Origin: Gemmatimonadales bacterium | GTDB lineage: Bacteria > Gemmatimonadota > Gemmatimonadetes > Gemmatimonadales > JACORV01 | DNA length: 63,233 nucleotides | NCBI GenBank assembly: GCA_035623395.1 | Contig: DASPTN010000111.1 | Location: 1-63,233 of the forward strand | Direction of reading: 5' to 3' | Part shown: in pieces, positions 1 through 8,212 of the stretch | How positions within the stretch are numbered: the stretch's first letter is position 1 | Layout of the letters: each line of letters starts with the position of its first letter | The notes under the pieces: generated by a model | What the model saw: only the letters and a program-made list of their open reading frames with translations | Told to the model about the DNA's origin: nothing | Database searches by the model: none | Made by a program: the position numbers and the translations under genes

Positions 1-2330
1 CCGGCCTCGACCTCGTAGTCGAGCGGGCACTTCTCGCCCGCGACCGTGACGGCCGAAGGGAGGGCCTCGAGGCCGCGGCGCGTCTCCGCCGGCACGAAAT
101 CGTCGGCACTGAGCGCGAGGTCGGCCGCCAGGAAGTCTTCGAACCGGCCGAGGGGTGACAGCCGCCGTCCGAGGGCGGCGCGCACCACCGAACCGTCGAC
201 GCCGCCAAGCGTGCCGCCCGAGCGCCGCCACAACTCCCCCAGGCGGTCGAGGGTGTGCCGCAGCGCCCGGGCATGCCGGTGGTGGGCGACGCCTGTCATC
301 AGCGCCTCGACCAGCGCCGCGCGCGCCGCTCCCGCGAGGTCCTCAGGGATGCGCTCGAGCGGCTCGACGTCCCGCTCGAGATCGAAGCCGTGGTAGGTGC
401 GGCGACGCACCGCCACCAGTGGCAGCCGCCGGTGCCGCGGGTCGTACTGCACCTCGGGAGCCAGGATGCGGGCGTAGTTCCGCATCAGGTCGTAGGGTAG
501 CTGGGTCCCCTCGATGGCCGCGCGGGGCACGCCGAACCGGTCGGCGAAGTACCGGATCGCGCCGGCCACGCCGCCCCACGCTCCGCACACGGAGCCGCGC
601 GAGACGCGGACCGGCTCGCCGGACGCCGTCTCCTCGTCGATCACCAGGTCGAAGGGCATGATGCGCGCGACCAGGTCCTGGAAGCGCCGCAGCGTCCGTT
701 CGTCGCCGTGGCGCATGGTCGCTGGCAGCGGCATCTCGAGCGCCCGGTACACCGACGCCACGCCGAGGGCCGCGTCCTCCACGGCCTTCACCAGCACGCC
801 ACGGCGGTCGGCCCACTCGGTGAGCGAATCGGCGAAGACGTGCCGCGCGAGCCCGTACACCTCGCTCACCGTCGCGTGCTGATTGACCGCCTCCGCGAAG
901 ACGTTGTACACGGACAGGTGATCGGAGCCCGGGACGATGAGCCCGCGGAGCATGCGCTCCTCGCGGGTCATCCGGTGCAGGGACTCGACCCCGGAGCAAG
1001 CCGCCACGACGGGGACGAGGTCGGCGTCGGCGTGCAGCAGCAGCTCCGCCCACGGCCGCTCGACGGGAAGGGCCTCGACCTCGGCGCCGTAGACCGTGAG
1101 CCGGCCATCGGCGACGATTCCGCGGCTCTCGAGTCGCCGGAGCGCGGCCGCGTACGCCGTCCGATCCAGCGTCACCGGCAGCTCGAGATCCGCGGCGTTC
1201 ACGCCGAGGGCCGCGCAGGTCATCGCCACCCGCTCGACGTCGCCGGCCAGCTGGAATTCCGGGGGCCCCGGGGCGAGACGGTCGAAGGCCAGGTCCCGAT
1301 CGCTGAGGATCCACACCTCGCCGCCGCGCACGCGGCCGTGGACGCGGCCAGCCATCTGGAGGAGGTCGTTCGCGGCGAGCGGCATGCGGGTCAGCACGTT
1401 CCGTCCGCGCTCCACGACGTTCTGGTACCGCGCGTCGAGGATCACCACCGTGTCGAGCCCGGCGATGTTCAGGGCCGATTGGCCCGCGGCCGTCATCGCC
1501 AGCAGGTACGGCTTCCGCGCCTTCCCTTCGAGAAACGGCCGGATCACGCGGATCGGCTCGCCGCCGTGGTAAAAGGCCGTGGTGAGCGCGGGCCACTGGG
1601 CTCCCACGGCCTCGGCCACCGCCTCCACTTCCGCCCTCGTGGGCACGAACACCGCGACACCCCGGCGCTCCCGCACCACCCGGCGCAGGAAGCGCGGATC
1701 CAGGAAGTCCTCCATCGACGACGGCAGCACGCGCACGCGCGCGGAGCGCGCGGTGTCGAAGGCGCGCGTCTCGATCACCTGCGCCGACCCGAGGTAGCGC
1801 GCGTAGAAAGCAGGGTCCACCGTCGCCGAGAGCCAGATGAACCTGCACCCGGCCCGCTTGCCCAGCGCCAGGCACAGCTCCAGCTCGGCCGAGGTCTGGT
1901 GGATCTCGTCCACCACCAGCACGTCGGCGCCGGTGATGACGCCGGCCTGGAACCAGCGACGGGCGATGCCGGTGGTGACGATGACGACGTTCCAGGACGG
2001 GGTCTCCGGCGTGGCCTCGCGCTCGCGATTGACGACGCCGACCCGGAGCGGGACGCCGAGGATCGTCTGAGCGATTCGCCGGATGCCGAGCGTCTTGCCC
2101 GTGCCGGTGCCCGCGACGACGCCGAAGCCCCTGCCGCCCGCCGCCAACGCCTGGATCTCCGCGCCGTGCTCAGCGTCGAGCACGGTCAGGACGTCCAGGC
2201 CCATCGCCAGCTCGATCGTCTCGCACGCCGCACGGGTCGGTGCGATGACGACCACGCGGCCGGTGGGCGGCCTCGCGGCGTGGAAGGCTTGGCGATCTGG
2301 TGGGAGGTAGTGGTCTCTGCTCGGGTGCAC
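1..2330 (-). CDS. DEAH-box ATP-dependent helicase (HrpA/HrpB-like); C-terminus runs off the left window edge
   Basis: Absent from the ORF track because no stop codon lies inside the window. My own minus-strand translation from GTG at 2330 gives ...GRVVVIAPTRAACETIELAMG...GFGVVAGTGTGKT (Walker A, about 2091-2111), LVVDEIHQTS (DEIH motif II, about 1899-1910), FIWLSATVD (motif III) and LLQMAGRVHGR (motif VI-like). The frame stays open and non-low-complexity down to position 1. Track ORFs 343..1875(-) and 708..2438(+) are Arg/Pro-rich shadows of it. Confidence 0.8.
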   Translation of the reverse strand, partial: MHPSRDHYLPPDRQAFHAARPPTGRVVVIAPTRAACETIELAMGLDVLTVLDAEHGAEIQALAAGGRGFGVVAGTGTGKTLGIRRIAQTILGVPLRVGVVNREREATPETPSWNVVIVTTGIARRWFQAGVITGADVLVVDEIHQTSAELELCLALGKRAGCRFIWLSATVDPAFYARYLGSAQVIETRAFDTARSARVRVLPSSMEDFLDPRFLRRVVRERRGVAVFVPTRAEVEAVAEAVGAQWPALTTAFYHGGEPIRVIRPFLEGKARKPYLLAMTAAGQSALNIAGLDTVVILDARYQNVVERGRNVLTRMPLAANDLLQMAGRVHGRVRGGEVWILSDRDLAFDRLAPGPPEFQLAGDVERVAMTCAALGVNAADLELPVTLDRTAYAAALRRLESRGIVADGRLTVYGAEVEALPVERPWAELLLHADADLVPVVAACSGVESLHRMTREERMLRGLIVPGSDHLSVYNVFAEAVNQHATVSEVYGLARHVFADSLTEWADRRGVLVKAVEDAALGVASVYRALEMPLPATMRHGDERTLRRFQDLVARIMPFDLVIDEETASGEPVRVSRGSVCGAWGGVAGAIRYFADRFGVPRAAIEGTQLPYDLMRNYARILAPEVQYDPRHRRLPLVAVRRRTYHGFDLERDVEPLERIPEDLAGAARAALVEALMTGVAHHRHARALRHTLDRLGELWRRSGGTLGGVDGSVVRAALGRRLSPLGRFEDFLAADLALSADDFVPAETRRGLEALPSAVTVAGEKCPLDYEVEA

Positions 2331-2335
2331 CGGCC

Positions 2336-3418
2336 TCAGTCACCCAGGCAGACGCCAAGCTCGCGCGCCGTGGACACCGTGTCGGAGTCCAGGGGAACGA
2401 TCTTGGGGTGTGCCAGGGCGTCCTTGAGTGGCACGTAGCCGACGGTGGGCGGCAGGTACGCCACCATCACACCGAACACCTTGTTCGCGACGCAGCGCAC
2501 CGCGGCGGCTCCGAAGCGCAGTGCCAGGAGCCGATCGAACGTGGTCGGTGTGCCGCCGCGCTGCAGGTGGCCCAGCGTCAGGGACCGGGTCTCCTTCCCG
2601 GTGCGCTGCTCGATCTCCCGCGCCACGACCTCGCCGATCCCGCCGAGCCGCTCCATCCCTCCGCCCAGCGAGGCCGGCCCCTTGAGGGCTCGCGACCCGC
2701 CCTTGGGAAGCGCGCCCTCCGCGACGACCACGACGCTGAAGTTCCTGCCCCGAGCCTCGCGCTCCTTGATCTTCCGGCACACGCTGTCGATGTCGAACGG
2801 AATCTCCGGAATCAGTATCACGTCGGCGCTCCCGGACACGCCCGAGTGCAGCGCGATCCAGCCGGCGTACCTCCCCATCACCTCCACGACCATCACGCGG
2901 CTGTGGCTCTCCGCCGTCGAGTGCACCTTGTCGAGTGCGTCGGTCGCGGTCGAGACGGCCGTGTCGAACCCGAAGGTGGCCTGCGTCCCGCCGACGTCGT
3001 TGTCGATCGTCTTCGGGACGCCGACCACCGGCAGGCCCTTCTCGTAGAGCTGCTGTGCGATGTTGAGGCTGCCGTCCCCCCCGATCGTGATCAGGGCGTC
3101 GAAGCCGTGCGCCCGGAACGCCGCCAGCAGCTCGTCGGAGCGGTCGGTTTCCTTGACCGTCCCGTCCGGCTGGCGCACGGGGTACTTGAACGGACTGTCG
3201 CGATTGGTCGTGCCGAGGATGGTTCCGCCGACGTGGGTGATCCCGCGGACCTCGTCGGGGCCGAGGGCCACGACCCGATCCTGGCCCAGCAGGCCGCCGA
3301 AGCCCCGCTGGATCCCGTACACAGCCCAGCCGCGGTGCACGGCCGACAGCACCGCACCGCGAATGACCGCGTTGAGCCCCGGGGCGTCTCCGCCGCCGGT
3401 CGAGAGCGCTATGCGCAC
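2336..3418 (-). CDS. pfkA: ATP-dependent 6-phosphofructokinase
   Basis: Track ORF of 360 aa. Motifs present: STGGGDAPGLNAVIRG, ITIGGDGSLN (the GGDGS form typical of ATP-PFK), VGVPKTIDNDV, MGRYAGWIAL. GTG start. Confidence 0.93.
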   Translation of the reverse strand: MRIALSTGGGDAPGLNAVIRGAVLSAVHRGWAVYGIQRGFGGLLGQDRVVALGPDEVRGITHVGGTILGTTNRDSPFKYPVRQPDGTVKETDRSDELLAAFRAHGFDALITIGGDGSLNIAQQLYEKGLPVVGVPKTIDNDVGGTQATFGFDTAVSTATDALDKVHSTAESHSRVMVVEVMGRYAGWIALHSGVSGSADVILIPEIPFDIDSVCRKIKEREARGRNFSVVVVAEGALPKGGSRALKGPASLGGGMERLGGIGEVVAREIEQRTGKETRSLTLGHLQRGGTPTTFDRLLALRFGAAAVRCVANKVFGVMVAYLPPTVGYVPLKDALAHPKIVPLDSDTVSTARELGVCLGD

Positions 3419-3636
3419 TGCCGGATCAGCTCCAGGACCTCGCCAGGCTCCGCATGTCGGTTCAGCGCCTTCTTCGAGAAGACGAGCTTGCCGTCCACCG
3501 TCACCTCGAACACGCCGCCGGACGATGGCATCATCACCACCTCGGCACCCGGGACGCTACGACGAATCTCGGCCGCCAGACCGGCGGCCCGGGACTCGTA
3601 GTGTCAAACGACGCAGTATTCGATGCTGATCTTCAC
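3409..3636 (-). CDS. SelW/Rdx-family selenoprotein (75 aa) with in-frame UGA (Sec) at 3604-3606
   Basis: Hand translation: GTG(3636) K I S I E Y C V V [UGA] H Y E S R A A G L A A E I R R S V P G A E V V M M P S S G G V F E V T V D G K L V F S K K A L N R H A E P G E V L E L I R Q C A TAG(3409-3411). It carries a CxxU redox motif and the G-x-FEV-x-V-x-GKL-x-x-SKK signature of SelW-like proteins. An AAGGAGG Shine-Dalgarno lies 4 nt upstream of the GTG. The track shows only the shadow ORF 3604..4203, which ends ...KISIEYCVV at the UGA. Confidence 0.75.
3571..3589 (-). promoter_or_regulatory. Candidate bacterial SECIS hairpin (GGCCGCC-GGUCU-GGCGGCC)
   Basis: On the minus strand, a perfect 7-bp stem starts 14 nt after the UGA (UGA CAC UAC GAG UCC CG). 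Its 5-nt loop is GGUCU, and the apical loop sits about 22 nt from the UGA. Confidence 0.6.
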
Positions 3637-3781
3637 CCGACCTCCTTGGGAACGCCGCGACAGACTGTAGCACGCAGCGTGCCTCCGCGACAGGCCGCTG
3701 CTTGACGTCGGCGGTCGGACATCATACCGTGGGCACGCTCCGAGGCCGCGATTGTGGCCTGCGCATCCGGCACGTCTGCAG

Positions 3782-3821
3782 GCTGCCGGCGCGCCGGCAG
3801 CAGTGACTGATTGGTCAGTCA
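3782..3821. promoter_or_regulatory. Two adjacent perfect palindromes upstream of or overlapping the chemoreceptor start
   Basis: GCTGCCGGCGCGCCGGCAGC (3782-3801) is a 20-bp perfect palindrome. It is followed by TGACTGA-TTGG-TCAGTCA (3804-3821). The track's TTG start (3811) sits in the centre of the second one. Confidence 0.4.
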
Positions 3822-5943
3822 GTACGATTGCTCCTTGGGAGACACCACCTTGAGCGACGAGCAGGTAGCCAGGCACTCGCCGAGCGGCGAGCAGTTCCTG
3901 AGGGTCGGCGTCGATCTGCTGGCCCTCGCGGCACTCGTCCTCGTGATCGTCCGCGGGGACTTCCCGCACCCCTTCCCCGTCTTCGAGTACGTGTTCCTGG
4001 TCGGGTTCGCGGCTGCGACACGAAGGTACGGACTGGCGCTGCCCGGCAGGGGATTCTCGTCGTTCGTCCTCGGCGTGGTGCTGTTCGCCATCCTGCACCG
4101 CGGCTGGGGCTGGGGCGTCCTGGTCTCGCCCCTCGGCATGCTGGCGGGCGACCTGCCGCTGCGCCGGCTGCGGCTTCGCGCCGCCATCGCCAACGCGAGC
4201 CATCTCACCTTCGGCGCGGCGGTGGTGGGCTTCGTCTACCAGCGCCTAGGGGGCGCCTTCGGAACGGGGGCGCTCACCGCGCCCAACGTGCTGCCGCTCG
4301 TGTTCCTGCTCGTGGGGCTTCCCCTGGTCGTCAACGGCACGTTCTACGCCGAGCTGACGTTGTCGGAGAGCCTGGCGTGGGTGGACGCGCGCCTGACGCT
4401 GCGTTGGGAATCGGTCGTGTACGTCCTGAGCGCGGCATTCGCGCTGGCGTGGATCGAGGTCGTGACGGCGGACATCCCGGCTTCACTCGCCGTGGGCGTG
4501 TGCCTCGTCGTCGTCGGGCTCCTGGTGCTGGCCCACTGGATCGTGCACAAGGGGATCCGTGCCGATGAGCTCGGCCTGGTCGAGCGGCTCTCGCGAGCGA
4601 TCGCGAGCGACGTCAATCTCGAGCGGAGCTTCGCGACCATTCTGGGCCTCACGCGACGCCTGGTGCCCTGGGATCAGATGGGCGTGGCGCGGTGGGACGC
4701 CGAGCGCCAGGAGCTGGTGCAGGTCGTGGACACGTCGCCGGAGCGCGCGCCCGGGTACCGAGCTCCGGGCGACCGCGGCCTGGTGGGCGAGGCGTTCACG
4801 CGCCGCAAGCCGGTCGTCACGGCCGGAAACGGGCACCAGCAGGCGGGCGGCGCCGGCAACGGCGCTTCCGAGATCCTCATCCCCCTGTACCAGGGCGAGG
4901 CGCTGGTCGGCGCCTGGAGCATCCGACACGCCGACGCCGCGATGTACCGCCCCGCCGACGCGGACATCTTGAACCTCGTGGCTCCCCAGCTGGCGCTCGC
5001 TCTCGCGGTCCACGGGGTTCTGGAGCCTCTGGTCGAATCCTCGCAGCAGACGGCCGGCTACGTCGAGCACGTGACGGCCACCAGCGAGGAGATTCACGCC
5101 AGCTCGGAAGAGGTGGCCGCCGCCGCGCACGGGGCCGAGGGTGGCGCCGCCAACGCGACGGAGCACGTAGCGCGGGCCGAGGCGGCGATGGTGGACCTGC
5201 GCGCAGCGGCCCACGACGCCGCCCTGGCGGGCGAGGAGACCCACCGGTCGGCGCAGGAGATGGAGCGGGCCGCCCAGGCGGTGCGGACGGCCACCGCCGC
5301 CACGAAGGCCAACCTGGAGCGCATCGGCAGCACCGTCGAGCAGAGCGTCGCGGAGGTCGGCCGGCTCCGGGAGGCTTCCGAGCAAGTGGTGCGGTTCGCC
5401 GAGACCATCGGCGCCATCGCGAGCCAGACCAACATGCTGGCGCTCAACGCCACGATCGAGGCGGCGCGTGCCGGTCAGCACGGAGCCGGATTCGCGGTCG
5501 TCGCCGACGAGGTGCGCCGGCTCGCCGAGGAGAGCGCCAAGGAGGCGAAGCAGGCCGGCCAGACGACCGGCGAGACCCGCCGGGTCATCGACCGAGCGGC
5601 TCAGCTGCTGGAGCAGATGCGCCGCGAGATCGGGGACGTCGCGGCGGCCGCGAGCCGCTGGATCGCGGAGCTGGAGGGCATCGTCCGAGCGGCCGAGACG
5701 CTCGCCCACCTCTCGAGCCGGATGGTGGAGTTTCCGCGGCGCAATGCCGAGCGGACGGCCGAAATGCAAGCGGTGTTGTCGGAGGTGAAGGCGGCCGCCG
5801 CGGCGTCCGCCAGCGAGGCCAAAGTGGTGGCGGCCGCCGCGGCCGAGCAGCTCAAGGCCATCGAGGACCTGTCGCAGAGCGCCCTGGAGCTGTCGGCGAG
5901 CGCCGAACGCCTCGCCGCGGCGACCCGTTTCGTCCAGGGATAA
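3811..5943 (+). CDS. Methyl-accepting chemotaxis protein with N-terminal polytopic membrane domain and a GAF-like domain
   Basis: Track ORF of 710 aa. There are about 8 hydrophobic helices in the first 250 aa, then a GAF-like segment ([27 protein letters not shown]...[19 protein letters not shown]). The MCP signalling hairpin follows: [40 protein letters not shown]. The start is uncertain; TTG at 3850, preceded by GGGAGA with a 7-nt spacer, is a better candidate than 3811. Confidence 0.85.
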   Translation: MVSQYDCSLGDTTLSDEQVARHSPSGEQFLRVGVDLLALAALVLVIVRGDFPHPFPVFEYVFLVGFAAATRRYGLALPGRGFSSFVLGVVLFAILHRGWGWGVLVSPLGMLAGDLPLRRLRLRAAIANASHLTFGAAVVGFVYQRLGGAFGTGALTAPNVLPLVFLLVGLPLVVNGTFYAELTLSESLAWVDARLTLRWESVVYVLSAAFALAWIEVVTADIPASLAVGVCLVVVGLLVLAHWIVHKGIRADELGLVERLSRAIASDVNLERSFATILGLTRRLVPWDQMGVARWDAERQELVQVVDTSPERAPGYRAPGDRGLVGEAFTRRKPVVTAGNGHQQAGGAGNGASEILIPLYQGEALVGAWSIRHADAAMYRPADADILNLVAPQLALALAVHGVLEPLVESSQQTAGYVEHVTATSEEIHASSEEVAAAAHGAEGGAANATEHVARAEAAMVDLRAAAHDAALAGEETHRSAQEMERAAQAVRTATAATKANLERIGSTVEQSVAEVGRLREASEQVVRFAETIGAIASQTNMLALNATIEAARAGQHGAGFAVVADEVRRLAEESAKEAKQAGQTTGETRRVIDRAAQLLEQMRREIGDVAAAASRWIAELEGIVRAAETLAHLSSRMVEFPRRNAERTAEMQAVLSEVKAAAAASASEAKVVAAAAAEQLKAIEDLSQSALELSASAERLAAATRFVQG

Positions 5944-6213
5944 GGCGCCCGGGGCTCGGGGTTGCGCATCCCCAGCCGACGCGCCAAGATTGTCGGGACT
6001 CCGGCGGCCGCCAGACCCCTCGTTCCCAAGGTCGAGGCCGTGGCGACCGCGTTCGTCGTTCCTCGGAGCGACGTCGAAGGTCTTCGCTGCAGAGGCGCCC
6101 CGCGCGCCAACCGCCTTCGTTCGTCGCCCACGCTGAGTCTCGGGGCACTCTTGGGCTCGCGCACGTGCGAGCGCCCGGCGCGGCCCGGACAAACTTCCGC
6201 TAGGAGACGCATC

Positions 6214-8037
6214 ATGGGTAAGCGAGTTCTGTTGGCCGCAGGGGCGTTGGCCACGTTGGTGCCGACGTTGCTGCTCGCGCAGCAACGCCCGGCGCAGCCG
6301 CCACCGGCCCAGCCCGCCAAGCCTCCAGCTCAGCAGCCGGCTCAGCGGCCCGCGGCGGCCCCGGCTCAGCACCCGGCTCCCGCACCGGCAGCGATGCCCG
6401 CCATGCCCGCTGCGCATCGTGAAGGCAGCTGGGAACTGAGCGCCGGTGCCGGCGTTCTGTACTTCGACAAGAAGCTGGCTGGCAACAACCAGGTCGTGCC
6501 CGGCGGTGCGCTGCGTCTCGGCTATCACTTCAACAAGAGCTGGGACCTCAGCGTCGGGTCGGGGATCGGGTTCAATTCCTCGCCGTCGGTCACCTACATC
6601 CAGCCGTTCGCGGCGCTCACCTGGACGCCGGACATCAACCGGAAGACCAGCCCGTTCCTCACGTTCGGCGGCGAGGGTACCTACGCCAGCTTCACCGGCG
6701 GGCACTTCACCGCCCAGTACGGCGGGCACGTCGGCGTCGGCCTGCGCCACATGATCGGTGAAGCCGTGGCGCTCCGCATCGAGGGCCGGGTCGGGTACGA
6801 GAACTTCAAGGAGTCGGCCATCGGCTCCATCCCGACCGGCACGGCCACCGTCGGCCTGTCGTGGTTCCTCGGCGGCCGCAAGGTCCTGACCCGCATCAGC
6901 GTCACGCCGGCCACCGCCACGCTGACGTCGCTCGGGCAGACCCAGCAGCTCGCGGCCCGCGCGCTCGATCAGAAGAACAACCCGATGACCGGAAAGGTCA
7001 TCCGCTGGACGAGCAACAACCCGGCGGTGACCGTTTCGCCCACCGGCGTGGTGACGGCGGTGCGTGACGGCGCCGCGACCATCAGCGCCACCAGCGAAGG
7101 CGTGACGGGGACGACGAACGTCACCGTCGCCCGCACGGCCGCGTCCGTGGCCGTTGCGCCGGCCATGGCCACTCTCAACGCGATCGGCGCCACTCAGGCG
7201 TTCTCGGCGACCGCGCGCGATGCGAACAACAATCCGCTCGCCGCACCGGCGTTCACCTGGGCGAGCAGCGACACCAAGGTGGCGACGGTGGATGCGGCCG
7301 GCGTCGTTACGGCCGTGGCCAACGGGACGGCCCGGATCACGGCGACCACCGGCGGCAAGAGCGGCTCGGTGAACGTCACGGTCGCGCAGACGACCGCTTC
7401 GGTCGTCGTGACGCCGGCGACGTCCCAGATTTCGGCCGCGGGCGCGACGGCGCAGCTGTCGGCCCAAGCGCTGGATGGAAACGGTCGGCCGATTGCGGCC
7501 AGGACCTTCACCTGGACCAGTGACGCGGCGGCCGTCGCCACCGTGAGCCCGACCGGGTTGGCCACCGGCGTGGCGAACGGCGCGGCTCACGTCACCGCCA
7601 GCGTGGACGGCAAGAGCGGGAGCGCGACGGTCACCGTCGTCATCGCGCCGAAGGGTGCTCCGCCGGTCGAGCTGCCGACGCTGCCCGCCGTGGGCGCCGC
7701 CAGCCTGGTCCTCAAGAACGTCACCTTCCGTCCGAACCGCGCGGTGCTGCTGCCCGCGGCGATGGCGGACCTCGACAAGATCGCGATTGCGATCCAGGCC
7801 GTCGCCAACTCCAAGTGGGAGGTGGCCGGCTACACCAGCAGCGTCGGCACCGCGGCGCACAACCTGCGGCTCTCGCAGCAGCGGGCCAATGCGGTGAAGA
7901 CCTACCTGGTGAGCAAGGGCGTCGCCGCCTCCGCGTTGACCGCGGTCGGCTACGGCGCGCAGCACCCGGTGGCCACGAACAAGACCGCCGCGGGCCGTGC
8001 GCAGAACATGCGCGTCGAGATCAAGCGGCTGCAGTAG
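6214..8037 (+). CDS. OmpA-family outer-membrane protein: signal peptide, P/A/Q-rich linker, 8-strand-type beta-barrel, 3x Big_2 Ig-like domains, OmpA_C peptidoglycan-binding domain
   Basis: The ATG at 6214 is preceded by AGGAG (6202-6206). Signal peptide MGKRVLLAAGALATLVPTLLLAQQ. Barrel-like alternating segment GSWELSAGAGVLYFD...TATVGLSWFLGG. Three repeats of about 82 aa (VTPATATL...VTVA). The C-terminus, NVTFRPNRAVLLPAAMADLDKIA...GYTSSVGTAAHNLRLSQQRANAVKTYL...GRAQNMRVEI, is the OmpA_C pattern. The track start at 5962 is an upstream extension without protein-like composition. Confidence 0.85.
   Translation: MGKRVLLAAGALATLVPTLLLAQQRPAQPPPAQPAKPPAQQPAQRPAAAPAQHPAPAPAAMPAMPAAHREGSWELSAGAGVLYFDKKLAGNNQVVPGGALRLGYHFNKSWDLSVGSGIGFNSSPSVTYIQPFAALTWTPDINRKTSPFLTFGGEGTYASFTGGHFTAQYGGHVGVGLRHMIGEAVALRIEGRVGYENFKESAIGSIPTGTATVGLSWFLGGRKVLTRISVTPATATLTSLGQTQQLAARALDQKNNPMTGKVIRWTSNNPAVTVSPTGVVTAVRDGAATISATSEGVTGTTNVTVARTAASVAVAPAMATLNAIGATQAFSATARDANNNPLAAPAFTWASSDTKVATVDAAGVVTAVANGTARITATTGGKSGSVNVTVAQTTASVVVTPATSQISAAGATAQLSAQALDGNGRPIAARTFTWTSDAAAVATVSPTGLATGVANGAAHVTASVDGKSGSATVTVVIAPKGAPPVELPTLPAVGAASLVLKNVTFRPNRAVLLPAAMADLDKIAIAIQAVANSKWEVAGYTSSVGTAAHNLRLSQQRANAVKTYLVSKGVAASALTAVGYGAQHPVATNKTAAGRAQNMRVEIKRLQ
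6895..7632 (+). repeat. Three tandem Big_2-type (bacterial Ig-like) coding repeats of about 246 nt each
   Basis: The repeats are ISVTPATATLTSLGQTQQLAARALDQKNNP...GTTNVTVA, VAVAPAMATLNAIGATQAFSATARDANNNP...GSVNVTVA and VVVTPATSQISAAGATAQLSAQALDGNGRP...GSATVTVV. Boundaries are approximate. Confidence 0.6.
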
Positions 8038-8060
8038 CCCGCAGCCCGTAGCTTCTCAAC

Positions 8061-8100
8061 CGACGAGCCCCGTCCCGGAGCATCGGGACGGGGCTCGTCG
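8061..8100 (+). terminator. Strong hairpin downstream of the OmpA-family gene (17-bp perfect stem, 6-nt loop)
   Basis: CGACGAGCCCCGTCCCG-gagcat-CGGGACGGGGCTCGTCG begins 24 nt after the stop at 8037. No U-tract follows, which is common in high-GC genomes. Confidence 0.6.
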
Positions 8101-8212
8101 CCTGCGATCCAACGCCGGAGTGGTCCGCCCGCAGCTACCCGCTTACCTTCGACTCCCATCCCGGCCGAACGAACCGGAGACCTCGGGGCCGCCTCTGCGG
8201 AACTCGCCGGCC

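Noticed and set aside
343-2438. Track ORFs 343..1875(-) and 708..2438(+) as the genes of the first 2.3 kb.
   Set aside because: Both are low-complexity Arg/Pro-rich. A third frame (minus strand, with no stop inside the window) encodes a helicase with Walker A, DEIH and the other helicase motifs.
6280-6415. The P/A/Q-rich tract as a non-coding tandem DNA repeat or VNTR.
   Set aside because: It lies in frame inside the OmpA-family CDS, directly after the signal peptide. The units are degenerate at the DNA level, so it is a low-complexity coding linker rather than a repeat element.
4483-7965. A 1160-aa minus-strand ORF spanning the MCP and OmpA genes.
   Set aside because: Its translation is Arg/Gly/Pro/Ala-dominated with no recognisable motif. 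It is antisense to two plus-strand ORFs with clear family signatures. This is the typical shadow ORF of a roughly 70% GC genome.
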